DNA of 63,044 nucleotides, counting the filler, from Reticulomyxa filosa (taxonomy: Eukaryota; Protista; Foraminifera): assembly GCA_000512085.1 (NCBI GenBank). It is 24 parts of 24 records of this genome, joined end to end, with 100 filler letters (N's around TTAATTAATTAA, not from the genome) between each part and the next. Parts side by side here need not be neighbours in the genome. Positions count along the whole stretch, not along the records: positions 13,414 to 17,355 come from ASPP01024603.1; positions 17,456 to 18,865 come from ASPP01000636.1; positions 18,966 to 20,300 come from ASPP01015509.1; positions 20,401 to 21,541 come from ASPP01038670.1; positions 21,642 to 23,046 come from ASPP01019446.1; positions 23,147 to 24,972 come from ASPP01024076.1; positions 25,073 to 26,318 come from ASPP01001303.1; positions 26,419 to 27,796 come from ASPP01008492.1; 16 more parts are not named here. One strand, written 5' to 3'. This document shows, piece by piece, positions 13,415 through 26,532 of the stretch. Made by a program: the position numbers and the translations under genes. Under the pieces are notes generated by a model. The model saw nothing but the letters and a program-made list of their open reading frames with translations, had not been told where the DNA came from and made no database searches. Every line of letters begins with the position of its first letter. Positions within the stretch are counted from its first letter, which is position 1.

Positions 13415-13582
13415 CAAGTGATAATATTACAAGGAAAATTAGGGTCAGAAAAAAGTTTATTCTGTCGTCATTTAGAAGAGACATTGTGGGAATCATATGT
13501 AAGTGGCACTACGACATCAATTCCTGTTTATATTTCATTACCGAAATGTTATGATGAATTATATGAAATTAATGTATTTTGA
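13415..13582 (+). pseudogene. NACHT NTPase fragment with a mutated Walker A, terminating early
   Basis: Translates QVIILQGKLGSEKSLFCRHLEETLWESYVSGTTTSIPVYISLPKCYDELYEINVF*, closely matching QVMVVQGKSGSGKSLFCRHLEKSLWESY...IPIYISL of ORF 41584-43692. It stops before Walker B. Confidence 0.85.
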
Positions 13583-14121
13583 CAGTGGAAACCAGAACTA
13601 AAAAAAAAAAGAATAAATGGTAAAACCCGAAATAACGGGAAATCTCATTGAAGAAATTTGTCAGTTGAAATTTCTTTAAAAAACCTTTGAAAATAAAACA
13701 TACTAATAATTTTTACCTTCGAATTATCAAACGCATTTTCCCTTACAAAAAGCAAAAGATTAATCGTAGCAAAAAGGAAACATCAAATACTAAAATTCAA
13801 CTACCCCCTTCCATAATTTGAAATGGTTGATTCCGAAACAAAGGCAGAAGAAGTATTTTCTCTGCAAACAAGCGCCTGAAGTTGTCAGTGCATGATAATA
13901 CAAGAGATAGATTTTTGAATCAACAATTTAGTCATGTTCAATCCACGAGTGATGTAATCAAAGCCAAGCAAAACTCGAACCACCCCTGACTGTCACAGTC
14001 GGTGATCCACTCAAAATCGTCGGTGACCTTGCCGGACCCAATGTACAAGCAGCAGTTAAAAGCAGGAGAGATCTGTGTAGCACAAGCAGACAAGAAGAAG
14101 AAGAAGAGTTTGAAGAGGTCC

Positions 14122-15230
14122 GTGAAGCGAGTGTTGGTGCAATTCCAAAAGTGAGGGGGAGGGGGGGGGGGGTGAAAAGACAGTCAATCCAATTGACATT
14201 CCAGTCGGTTTTACATTGGACAAGTTGGAGCTGTTAATCAATACATTACTAAAGCAAACGGACGAGCTCGTTCATTACGCTTTTTATTACCAGCCATCAC
14301 TGGATTCACCCGACCAATTCACAGGCACGTATACGTATATAAATATACATATATGTACATATATATGTAAAAAAAAAAAATGGAGTTGAAAAACATAAAC
14401 ATGGAAATAACGACATCAATTCGAAAGCTGTTGGAGAACGCAGAAGGGATGAGAGGGGGGATATCAACGGAGAAAGTATTGAGCATAGTGTACGAACATG
14501 CAGGCGATGTTTAAAGTGCATGCGATATCGCGTTGCAGCTCAGAGCTACCAGGACACACGGAAGCAAGTGCACAATGACAGCAAACAGGGTGGACACGGG
14601 GTCGGGCGGAATCGCAAAATCCGGAAAAAGTGTTGGAAAAGAACAAGCATTGGGTGCTAGTGAGGGGGAGGGTGGAGTACTCTCCGTGCGGGCGTATACT
14701 CGCGAGTGGGGGACATGCAAGGGGTGATAGGGCTGTAAGGGGATACGTGCAAAGGGACGACGTATGAAGGGATGAACGAGGGTTTGATGGCACATAAGAA
14801 AGTGGATCACGAGCATTGCTTGGGAGCTGTTTCACTTGTGCAAGTTGGAGCAAGACTTGCGCGCACCAAACAGATGCAGTTTCACTTGAATGGACATAAA
14901 GATACGATCACGATGATCAAGTGGGGAGGAGGACAAGAATTTTTGTAATAATAAGGATAATGAAAATATAAAATAAGAGTCTGTGTAATACGCCTGAAAA
15001 TATTAAAAAAGCACAAACCTTTTATGACAAGGCCAAAAATTGCATATGCGAAAATCCTTGTTTCAGCTAGTGATAACTTTACACTGTTCTTGTGAAATCC
15101 CTTGGTTACCGACAAACCTGTCGCTCTCATGATTGGACACTATCAACTTGTCAAATCATGTCTACTTCAGTCCCGATGGACGCTTCATTGCCAGCGCCCC
15201 TTTTGACAAAGATGTCCGCATTTGGGACCC
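14122..15230 (+). pseudogene. NLE1: Notchless / Rsa4 (NLE domain + WD40) pseudogene
   Basis: VLVQFQ/SEG..PIDIPVGFTLDKLELLINTLLKQTDELVHYAFY (NLE domain); ELPGHTEA; KWITSIAWELFHL; LNGHKDTITMIKWGG; LVSASDNFTLFL*(TGA 15093); KPVALMIGHYQLV/NHVYFSPDGRFIASAPFDKDVRIWD. Several frameshifts and a nonsense codon. Confidence 0.85.
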
Positions 15231-17455
15231 TTTCGCTTGTCTACATATCCAAAGGAACAGTCCCCCTTTTTCTACGCACGCAGCACATATGGTATTATAT
15301 GCAAATGATATACGTACTTTTCAGTGTATATGTGTGTGTGTTATTTTTTTTTTTTTCATTAGTCTATGTGACAAATTTCTTTAAAGACAAAAAGTGCATG
15401 TGATACATTGATTTGACTTGAATGAAAATAGCAAGTGTTTGAATACTTTACTGCAAACATGTAATTATCAATGCATACGTACGTATGGTCGGTTCACACG
15501 TATATTAACATATCGAATTCTGGAGGCTGGAGAATATAATAAACAATGATATATTTGATATCTAAACATTTATCAAAACGAAATGTAAATTATTATAATT
15601 CGATTAGAAGTCATAATTGCAGTATCAAAAGTGAACTATTTATTGGAAGCGAAGAAAAATGCTGAAGCTGGTAAAGAGATTTATTTTTAATAATATTAAT
15701 TTAAAATTTAAAATTAAATTTCAAAGAATAAACATAACAAATCAAGAAGAAGCAAAAAACAAAAAAACAACATTAAATAACATTTCAGGAATCTTGAACG
15801 CAGAATTAATGCAACTATATCAAAGCAAACAAAGGTCGCAACATATGATCGTGTGATTGCAAATAAAATTAGAAATGGCAAAGAAATAGACAAAACTCTG
15901 GTAAGCGACGTATCGCGCTTTGACGGCCGTGTTTTTGATGTTGTCATGTTGGCCACTTTGTCATATTGCGAGCACTTCCACAATCAAGTGGCTGCTCGCA
16001 CATTAAAAGTCGTAGACCTTAATGGAGGGGGTGCAATGCAGCCCCAAACGCATAAATAATCTATTGACACAAGCCACATGGCCTGCAATAGATAAATTGC
16101 GTACATTGGAGTCGTCGTCATCTTTACTTGTCCACATCAGTGGACCTCTTTCCTTGCAGGACTGGTGGCAATCGACTCCAAGTGATGCACATGGCATCAA
16201 ATTATTGGTCTATGGGCGTGCCTACAGCACATAAGTTAATGAGGAGCCAGGAGACATGATGCAGCAATAACATAACTCGACTGCAATAACCATAAATTGT
16301 TCCATACGGATACAATACCCAACGAATCCATAAAAAAAAAAAAAAAAAAACGTTGATTGAAGACACACACCTAACAAGCAAAAGCAAGTGATCCCATCCA
16401 TCCTCTTTATAAACAAAACTACTAAAAAAGATTGTAAAAAAAAAAACCAGTGAAACAGTAATAAAATAAATTGAAACGAATAAACGTTAAAAAATTTGCA
16501 AATGGGGAAAAATGAGCAACGGGAGCAAAAGGTACAAAGGGAGGGAAAATGAGCAAGATGTAGTAAAAAAAAAAAAAAAATAAGTAAAAAATAATAATAA
16601 TAGCAATAACCCAAGATCATTAAAATGCCAAATAATGCCACCAAATCTCGAACATAACATCATACCAATCTATTTACAAAAACACACCTATTTAAGAAAG
16701 AGTGATATACCAATATTAATTAAATAGAACTAACTCCAATGTGCGGTTCAATGTCGCGTAACGGCCGTCGTCAGCCCAAGAATGTAGGCGCAAATGTTGT
16801 ACGTAATGTCTCCTTCGTCCCTATGTTAATACGGTCACAGCCGGTAACATCAAGGAGGGAGACTCTACCTCATGTCCACCCACAGAGGACATCGCCACCA
16901 TCAGTCCTGCAAGGAAAATATGTCGGTGGTGCACTTGATGCAAACCTATAATGTGGCCTTGGTTTGCCAGCAGAACACCGACGCGCCTTTTGCACGCACT
17001 TTGCCGCGAATAAATCGCGATCGTAGTAAGCGCTGTAGTGCGCTCACGTCTGACTTGGCTCCAAACACCATCAATACTGGAATATGCAACACAGTAACCC
17101 ATCGACCACAACCACCACAGGACATCCATAGCCAAAATAATACAGAAATCCATAACCAAGATAACACAGGGATCCACAACTAAAATGCGCCCGAACTCGA
17201 AATAATCTTTCAATTGCGAACACGTCTTCGACTTCTTTCTTTTTAATGTTGTGTTTCTCAGCTCCAACTTTTAGGTTTTTCAATAAACAAAAAAAAAAAA
17301 AAAAAATTTGTTTATTCAACTCTTTGGACACGAAATTGACGACTAGCTAACGATANNNNNNNNNNNNNNNNNNNNNNNNNNNNNNNNNNNNNNNNNNNNT
17401 TAATTAATTAANNNNNNNNNNNNNNNNNNNNNNNNNNNNNNNNNNNNNNNNNNNN

Positions 17456-17737
17456 CTGGCAAAGTTGGATTGAATGATTATTTGTATAACATCCAAGATC
17501 AGAGTCTCCTGATTGTATTTGTTGTGAAGGAGAAGAAACCGTTGAGCATTTCCTGATGGAATGTCTGCGGTACCAAGATTTACGTCGCAGTTGGTGGATA
17601 AATATCCAGATATCAATGTATTGTCCCTGCCGATGAAATATTTCATTATTGGGGATCGAACGTGGAAACCAGATATTAGGATCAAGGTTGTCAAGGCAGC
17701 ATCCAAGTTCGTAATCGATACCAAGAGAAAGATTTGA
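17456..17737 (+). mobile_element. 3' end of a non-LTR retrotransposon (LINE) ORF2 with a C-terminal CCHC zinc knuckle, frameshifted
   Basis: GKVGLNDYLYNIQ/ESPDCICCEGEETVEHFLMECLRYQDLRR/...VVKAASKFVIDTKRKI* matches the LINE ORF2 tail G...LN.YL......SP.C.C...ETV.HFL..C..Y...R. Confidence 0.8.
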
Positions 17738-17819
17738 ACAATTTCGAGTTTTTCAATGTTTTTCTTTAATTACTTTTGTGTGGACCTTCCAATGCTTGAT
17801 GTCGCAGTCAAATGGCAAT

Positions 17820-17945
17820 ATATTGATAATATGCAATCCATTGGATGTAATAAAATCGAGAATCACTCAATCGTCAGTAATCTGGTCCAGCCATGCATTC
17901 CAATCTCCTCCAATGATAATGTGTTCAGTTATTTTCTGAGCTATG
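17820..17945 (-). mobile_element. LINE apurinic-endonuclease (APE/EEP) domain remnant
   Basis: Minus strand reads KITEHIIIGGDWNAWLDQITDD*VILDFITSNGLHIIN, i.e. the GGDxNA and L.DF.....L.I.N motifs, with deletions and a stop. Confidence 0.7.
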
Positions 17946-18965
17946 TTTGCATATTGGTATTCTTAATGTTAATTTCATCTCCCCATCTGAACCAATGGTG
18001 GATTGATTGCAAAAAGGATTGTAATTGTTGAAACGCTGATTTCATCTCTGCCAATTCACGTCTTAGCCTTACAATTCTTTGTTTACCATCTTCATTTATA
18101 CCCATCATCTGGGTTTTCCTTTTGTTGTGTTTCTTTTGATATTATTATTATCAACATCCATCTTGTTCCGCTGCTTTGCCGTTCCATAATCTTGGGAATT
18201 CGATAGCCTGAAATTTGAAATATCAATGCATGATTAATTCCAATTCCAATGCCACCATGCATACCAGCAATTGATTTACTAGTGGCGGAAGTGTAGTTAC
18301 ATGCTGTCTTACCATTTTTTTTTTTAGATGAAAACAATGTAATTTGTTAAATTGACAAAAAGACAAAATATACTCAAAGTTGAATACAGTACTAAACATT
18401 CATGCTTCAACATTGAAGCATGTAAAGAAAATGGAAGATTATTCTTATTGCGAAATCACGTATTATCGAAACAAGAACTAAATCATGCACAAATTTTTTG
18501 ACAAATGGGACAATTCGGACTTATTCCTGTAATATACCTTTTACGGCACCACGTTTTTAAAGCTTTGTACGTGGACACTTTAGACTTAAAAAAAAAATAA
18601 TCATTCATCATCTACATAAACTTTTGAAAAAAAAGTTGTATTTTGAAGGAATACAAGCACAGAACAACTAGATACTTCAACATCTAGCTTTATCTGAAAG
18701 AAGTTCGAAGTTAATCTTCGATTATTAACAACGATTTACGTCGTCAGCAAGATTGTGGTGAAAACAGAAACAAAGACAAAGATACAAAGAAAATAATTTC
18801 AAACTACTAAAAAAATATTTCTTTTTAACTAGTAAAATTTTTTTTTATCGTGATAAAAAATCTTTNNNNNNNNNNNNNNNNNNNNNNNNNNNNNNNNNNN
18901 NNNNNNNNNTTAATTAATTAANNNNNNNNNNNNNNNNNNNNNNNNNNNNNNNNNNNNNNNNNNNN

Positions 18966-20096
18966 GAGTCGAAGCGGCAAATTTATGCGATGATAGTGCA
19001 AGACGACGAAAACTCGCTAGTCGAGTTGATTGACGGGAAGGACGAGCAATGGTTTGCGAAGCAGGTGATATATGAAACAATTATCATTTCATCTCCGTGC
19101 AAGAGAGAGAAAGAGAGAGAGAGTAATAAAAGTGAGAGTATTTTTTTTTTTTTATTTAAAAAAAAAAATAGATAGGAGAAAGAAGAAGAAGAAGAAGAAG
19201 AAGAAGAAGAAAGTAAAGACAAAGGGAAAAAAGAGATTGAACTTATTGAAATGAGTAGTGAGAGCACTCGACTACTACTACTAAGGCCGATGATAGCAAT
19301 GAAAGGAAGCAAAAGCATATTGCGAGCAGACAACACAGGGACATCGTCGCAAGACCTATCATCTCCTCACTCTCGCCACAAGAAGCCCAGCAAACGGGAC
19401 GGACTCATGTTGCGCAACAGCATATTCGATAGCCAAATGAAACGTGTCCATCTGCGTGCGCGCAATACTCAAGAGGTGTTCAACCTGATGGTGAAGGAGG
19501 AAGGTCTGGTGCACTTGCACAAATTGGACGCGGACATCTTTGAGCTCGTGTCCAAAGGCAATATCAAAGAGCTGAAGCTATTGTATCGAAAGGGACAAGA
19601 TCTTAACATTATCAATTATGACACTCGCAACTTGCTACACATTGCGTGCTGTGGGGACAATTTGGCAATGATTCAATGGCTTGTCGAACATAACGTCAAT
19701 ATCAACTTGCGCGATTGCCAATTGCAGACTCCGTTGTACGAGGCCATGCGTGTTGGCAAACCTGAAATTATCAAGTTTCTCAAAGACAATGGCGCTGTGT
19801 CCGTCAGTGGCTTTGTTGGCTCCAAGTTTTGTGAGTTGGGTAGCAAAGGTGATGTGCAAGGCTTGCACAAACTGATCAAAACCAAAGAAGACTTGTCCAT
19901 TGGTGATTACGACTCCAGAACTGCTTTGCACTTGGCATGCTGCGAAGGCCAGTTCGAATGTGTGCAGTGGCTGGTTCGACATGGCTCGGATATCAATGCC
20001 AGAGATCGCTTTGGAAATACTCCTTTGCACGATGCTATTCGGTACAACCACACCGATATCAAAGAGTTTTTGGAAAATTTCACTCTTCGTAAGTAA
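18966..20096 (+). CDS. C-terminal part of an ankyrin-repeat protein; repeats are of the type seen on AKT/SKOR K+ channels and glutaminase; 5' end missing
   Basis: NYDTRNLLHIACC, DCQLQTPLYEA, DYDSRTALHLACCEG, DRFGNTPLHDA. Upstream exon about 18966-19064 and intron to about 19172. Confidence 0.8.
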
Positions 20097-20400
20097 AATC
20101 ACTTGTCCTTTTCATCTAGATTCTAGCCATCACATTGTTATCCTAGAGGATCTAGTTTTTCCTTTGCCTTTTGTTTCGTTTTTTTTTTTTTTTTTTTTTT
20201 GCATACATGGGATTGTCTTATTAATAAACAATAAACAATATATATGAGTTTCAAGTTTTGATCGATCTATGATCCACTTTGACAATGAAACGTTTCCTAT
20301 NNNNNNNNNNNNNNNNNNNNNNNNNNNNNNNNNNNNNNNNNNNNTTAATTAATTAANNNNNNNNNNNNNNNNNNNNNNNNNNNNNNNNNNNNNNNNNNNN

Positions 20401-21491
20401 ACACCCGAAAAGAAGAACGACAATAACAACAACGAGAGCAAAGACGATGCCACACTTGTAACCACGCTGTCGCTATTCGAACGCATTGAGGCGCTGAACT
20501 TTGTTTCCGTATACGAGTGCATCCATGTCCACATGCTGCTCAACGAAATGAAACAACTGAGCGACACGTACAGAGAGATTCGAGTTCGTCATCGCGACGA
20601 GTTGCTCAACAAGTCCACTTTCTCACTTAACAAAGACAGCGACCTTGTCAAATGTTAAGACCTTTCTTTTTTTTTTGTTTTTTTTGTTTGAGTATTTGAT
20701 AAATGGGATCGCAGAAGACCCCCCCCCCCAAATGGCTTACAATACGCAATACTACGTGCACACAGATCTGGCAACTGTCGCGGGATTTTTTGTGATGGAA
20801 CGTGCAGTCAGCACGAGGTATCAACAGTTAATGGATGGTCAAGAGCTGAGTCTATGGTGGGATGAAAGTGCTAAATTCTTGCAGGTTTGTATGCTACGCC
20901 ATCCATGCTATGCATACCACATATAAGTATATACATAAGTATATAAATACATATATATACATATATATATGTATATGTGTATGTATATGTATATATTTAT
21001 ATATAATATAAACTTTGAAATCTCATCCCCCCCTCTTTTTTTTTTTTAAAAAAAGAAACGCTTACAACGAGAACTCTTACAAAATTCGGAGAAAGAAAAG
21101 AACGATGTGCAAACCCTTGTGAAAGTGAAAAACGAGTGCATACTGTTGCGGTACATATTGCAAAGCTACGACTACAAAACGGTAACGCTGGACTTGTTCA
21201 TCCAACAAATGCGCGCCGAATTCGAGGCGCGCTTAATCGCGACATCGCTCGGGAAAATAGTCAAAGAAATGCGCAACGACCTTTTGCAGCCCTTTGTGAT
21301 CCGCAATCCTCAAGACTTTGAGTCGTACGTGCTCGACTTCCAACTGGACGGGCCCGTCAATGAAGAAGACGTCGTGGTGGAAAACAAAGCCCAGGAGGAA
21401 CGCAAATACGATCGTGAAATCGGAAAAAATTCCAATCTACAAACACAATCTCAATTTTTGCCTGATATCAAAGAAGATGACGTTGTTGTTG
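20401..21491 (+). CDS. EXOC6: Exocyst complex component 6 / Sec15, internal spliced fragment
   Basis: LNFVSVYECIHVHMLLNEMKQLSDTYREIR resembles DFSPVYRCLHIY..L......YY..QR; VAGFFVMER resembles IVGFFVVED; LVKVKNECILLRYILQSYDY resembles LKNLIVIFADTLQGYGF. Confidence 0.7.
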
Positions 21492-24217
21492 GTATTTCAC
21501 TTTTGTGTTATATGCATATACATATGTATATATATGTATATNNNNNNNNNNNNNNNNNNNNNNNNNNNNNNNNNNNNNNNNNNNNTTAATTAATTAANNN
21601 NNNNNNNNNNNNNNNNNNNNNNNNNNNNNNNNNNNNNNNNNCAAAAAAAAAACATAACATTAGTTGTTTGATCATATGGCAAGCTGTGAGTTTGAAAAAA
21701 AACCTTAAAAGTCCAAGTATGAAAATATTTCAAAAAAACTTCTACTCTAAAAATGAATGAATGTAATTGAATTGAGTGTTTATCAATTTGTTAACACTTA
21801 GCTATTTACCGTTATGAGCATGTTTTCTTCTATACAAAAGAAACATACTAACTTTGTAATATTAGCAAAGCAAAGGAAACGAGAACTTTTTTTTTGTCGT
21901 GGGGTCTTCACAAAAATTAATTCGTTTTGACGCTGAAATTTTCTTTTGTTAACAAAAAACACATTTATTTTGGTAACATAATACTGGAGTATTTTTCAAA
22001 ACTTTCATCAATTTTGACTTAAAAATTCTTCTGTCCTTCTTTCATAGTCATACTAGAAAATGAAAAGAAACACTTCGCTTTTTCTTATATTATTTTTAGC
22101 AAACCTTTGTTGTTTCGTGCTCGTCACATTGGTTTTATGTAAGTTTTTCTTGAACTAAATAAACTGAACTAAGTTAAACAAAACAACAAAAAAAAAGAAC
22201 ACCAATATACACATTGGGAAGAGATAATAAACATGCATTAGTATCAACTCACACAAAGATTAAAGTGCGTGTATTGGGATCCTGCACAATTTGTAATGAT
22301 TTATTTAGTCTGAAAAAACACAAATATATTTTATTGTATAAAATAAATTGACAGTCAAAAAATGAAATAAAATTTATTATCCAATATTGGATTCAAACTT
22401 CAAAAATAAATTAATATGGATCGATTATTTTGATAAAATTATAATGAAATATAGCAGATAAAATAAAATGTACTGATTTTTTTTTGAAGTATACACATTT
22501 TAATTTGTTCTTTATACGAATACAACTGATTTTCCTATTGTAATAATGGCATTTAATTGCAAACAATGAATTTACCCCAATATGATAATATTTAATTGCA
22601 AAGAAAAAAGAAGGAAATGAACAAGTCCATTTTCTTGGATGAATTATACTTTTTTTACAAAAAGTACAATTCAAAAAAAGTGATTAAATACATAACATAA
22701 ACAATGTTTGCACAAATGTTCGTTTTTTCGTTGTTAAATATTCTATCTTTTATAAATAAAAATTACAAACGACATAAAATGTGTCATGGAGGTTTTCTTT
22801 GATTGAACTATGCCAATTTTGGAAGATTCATGTACGTACGCAAATGTAAAAATAATAATGCAAAAAGACAAAATGTCTAATGTTCAAAAATTTTACTAAT
22901 GCTCAAAAGTTTCTTCTAAGTCATCAAATAGATATTTCGATCCCGTTTTTTTATTTTTTTAAAGACTGGTCCTCTGTATAAAGAAAAAAAAAGATTTTTT
23001 GGCAATTTTCTCAAAATTGCTTATGACTAGCTTTACGCCTATAATGNNNNNNNNNNNNNNNNNNNNNNNNNNNNNNNNNNNNNNNNNNNNTTAATTAATT
23101 AANNNNNNNNNNNNNNNNNNNNNNNNNNNNNNNNNNNNNNNNNNNNAAAAAAATTTTGATTAAATGTTGTTTTTTCATGGAGAAACACGATCATCTCTAT
23201 AAGGTGGCATTTTATGTGTCAACTTTCTTTTTTATCTTACTGTATTTATAAATTGATTTATTAATTTATAACATGTTATACTATCATTTTATCCATAAAT
23301 AATCATTTCTCATGCAAATATCCCAACTCATGTGAAGGTGTTTCAACTAGATTGTGTACAATACACTTTCGTTAGTTGGCCCTTTTTTTCAGGAACAATG
23401 GAGACTTTAAGTAGTGAACTGTGAGTTTAAATTCTGTTATTAGACAGAAACGCCACAACGAAAATAATACTATTGTCACTCATTGTGTTGCAAAAGTTTG
23501 GTAAAATATTTGCAAAATTTAAGTTTATACTTATTTTTTTTATAAGAAAATGAACACAAACACAGAAAATTAGGACAATATATGCTCATTGTGATCAATT
23601 TCGTTAGAAATTTTGACTTGGTTTGAATCCAATAAGTTGTATTAATAAAATAATGTTTATATATTAAGAAAAAGCTGCATTTATGAATCATTTCAATATA
23701 GTAATAAGAAAAAATACAACACATAATATAAAAAATATTGATATTATTTTTAACAAAGATATCTAATCACAAAATAGATGATCATAATTTAGTCAAGTTA
23801 TTTTCTTTCGTTTGTTTGATTTTAAGTTTTTATGATTGCTCATTGGAGCCACATTACCTTCCAAGGAATCACTTCTTTAATGACGAAGTCAAAACTCTAA
23901 TAAACCAAAAACATAAATTAGAACCAAAAGTCAGAAGTGAAATAGATTGATCTTTTTTTGCTATCGATTGATCATTTTTTTGATACATCTTCTTTTGCAA
24001 TAGGAGTGACCTTTTTCTTTGAATGTAGATGGAATTTAAAATTAGTATGTACTATTAAATTTATTTTGCTTAATTTCATTTTATATATTTTTTCACAAGC
24101 GTGGCAGATCGAGATTATTTTATCAAAATATAGCAATTTGAAGTTAGAATGGCTCATAAATCCAGCATTTTGTTTTACATAAAACTCATTTAAAAAAAGA
24201 AGGCTAACATAGCGTAC

Positions 24218-24920
24218 TTAAGGACAAGACAGTCCAGAACAATTACCATATTGCATAAGCATATTGTGAAGTACTTGTTTTGTCTCTTCATTCAATAAAA
24301 TATATGTATTGTTCATTTGCCATGGATCAATGTTAATATCATAGAATTCAAAAAACATGGGGTTTTCAAAGTCTTGTTCGGTCCAGTTGTAATTAACAAA
24401 CTCGCCATAACTCCAATTGTGGCTTTCATTCAAAATCCTCAACATCCTCCAATTGTTACTGTATTGATCGTCAACCAACCACCACGTGGTGTTACCATAA
24501 GGTCCTCCAGGGGGTGTTATGATGGCTCCAGGAACGTAAGGACTCAAAGTGTCACTGGCGTTTGGAAACCAAAGTTGGCACAGTCCAAAATTATTGACAC
24601 CGGTGCCATCACGACGATACTCGCTCAAGAAATAATCACGCCATCCCGAGGCATTTGCACCTTGCCCTCCAAACTTTTTATAATGAGTGTCCATGAGTGG
24701 CACACCCTCCATTTTGATTACGGTTCCCACCATTGATTTCCCGTCCATCACTTCATCTTTATTTTCGAGATCAATGCCTGCAAGATCGATGAATGTCGGT
24801 AATATATCCACATTCCCCACTATCGCATTGGAGGATGTGTTTGCACGAATATTTGGACCCCTCAAATACATTGGGACACGAATGTCTGTTTCATACATTT
24901 GCTCTTTCGAACAGGGGATC
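24218..24920 (-). CDS. Sulfatase (N-acetylglucosamine-6-sulfatase-like), C-terminal exon
   Basis: KEQMYETDIRVPMYLRGP, NVDILPTFIDLAG, MDGKS, WRDYFLSEY, EFYDINIDPWQMNN; many N-glycosylation sequons. Confidence 0.85.
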
Positions 24921-25072
24921 CTTGCACAAAAAAAAAAAAGTATTATATATACATATATAATATATATATATANNNNNNNNNNNNNNNNNNNNNNNNNNNN
25001 NNNNNNNNNNNNNNNNTTAATTAATTAANNNNNNNNNNNNNNNNNNNNNNNNNNNNNNNNNNNNNNNNNNNN

Positions 25073-25479
25073 TTGTGGGTAGTGTAAAATACGGATCAAA
25101 TGAATTATTAAATACAATATTATCTGGATCATTTGATAAAAGTGTTCGTTTGTGGGATATTCGATCTGGTAAACAAATTCAAGTGTTCAATGGACATACA
25201 GGTTATGTGCATGATGTTGAATATTCACCATTTTTAATAAAGAATAGTGTTGGTAATTCGAATGTGATATGTTCTGGATCAGATGATAGTACAATTCGTT
25301 TTTGGGATATTCGATCAAATAAGAATCAATTGTATGTTATTGAAGGGGATGATGAAGATGATGGAATATTTTGTCTTAAATTTATTGTATTGAAAAAGAA
25401 AGATAAGACAAATGATGTTACGTATGATTTGAATCTGTGTTATGGTTCATGCAAAGGTACCATTCGTATTTGGGGATAG
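25073..25479 (+). CDS. WD40-repeat protein, C-terminal part
   Basis: ILSGSFDKSVRLWDIRSGKQIQVFNGH, ICSGSDDSTIRFWD, LCYGSCKGTIRIWG*. Confidence 0.9.
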
Positions 25480-26532
25480 TTTATTTTTTGTTGAACAAGA
25501 AATGAAAGTGTTTTTGTTTAAAAAGTTTGATTAAAAGAAAAGTAAGTTAACATTAAACTTGTTTGATTTGATTGAGTACACACTGAAAGAAGTGTTTATT
25601 TTACGTTTAATGTTTTTTAAAGAATTGAAAAGCATAATAAATGAAAACTGCACATTATATTTTGTGATTTTATAAAATTTTATTCAAATCAATAGTAAAT
25701 CATTGTAGATGGAACATCAACAATGTAAGAATATTATTAAAAGAAAACGAATTTATGACTTTGATGAAATAATTTCTGAAAATGTTAAGCTATTTAACAA
25801 TATAATGTTGAACTTAGTCTAAAACATTTAAAGAAGCGAAAATCTGCAATTACATAATGAAAGAATGCAAGTTGATTATAACAACAGAGTTGATAAATTT
25901 TCATTTGACATTTCATGAGCATATTTATTATATCAAATAATTATTCAAAATTGAGTTCGATAAGATTAAGCAAAACAATTCAATTTTGACATAATAAAGT
26001 ACAACATATTCAATTCTTTTATTTTTAAATAAATATATTGATACATCTCAGGAATAAGCACATTAACAAAAATATTTTTCAATAAATTTTTTTATCTATT
26101 GAAATGTCTCATAGTTGTCAAAATTATGCATTGAATGATTGGAAAGTATTTATTTTTTTTTTACATAAACACAAATTATGAGCTCAGCTTTGTTGTACAC
26201 CAAATAAAGAACAAATCAGTGATTTTTTTTTAAGAATATATTGAAAATTGTGCAACTACAGTAGGTTGTAAAGAAAACTAAACTCATAAAACGATATCCT
26301 ATGATAATAATTGATTTTNNNNNNNNNNNNNNNNNNNNNNNNNNNNNNNNNNNNNNNNNNNNTTAATTAATTAANNNNNNNNNNNNNNNNNNNNNNNNNN
26401 NNNNNNNNNNNNNNNNNNACGTGCAGGTTTGTTGTTTGTCAATTGCCATTGAGATAGAAGGGAGAGGAAGACAAATGAACAAAAACAAAAATTCAATATT
26501 TATGCTCTCTTTTTTTTTAAAAAAAAAAAAAA

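Noticed and set aside
13990-14040. PLKIVGDLAG resembling the PPP phosphatase motif PLKICGDIHG
   Set aside because: The catalytic His is absent and no GDYVDRG or RGNHE motifs follow; too short to support.
7480-15230. Alternative genetic code or RNA editing to explain the many in-frame stops
   Set aside because: Intact genes (ETFA, HEAT, WD40) read normally with the standard code and end in TAA, TAG or TGA. The broken genes also carry indels and deletions, consistent with decay.
21642-23046. Short ORFs in very AT-rich contigs (also 59045-60189 and 10869-11902)
   Set aside because: They are F/K/I/L-biased random ORFs without motifs; I saw no tRNA, rRNA or other structured RNA.
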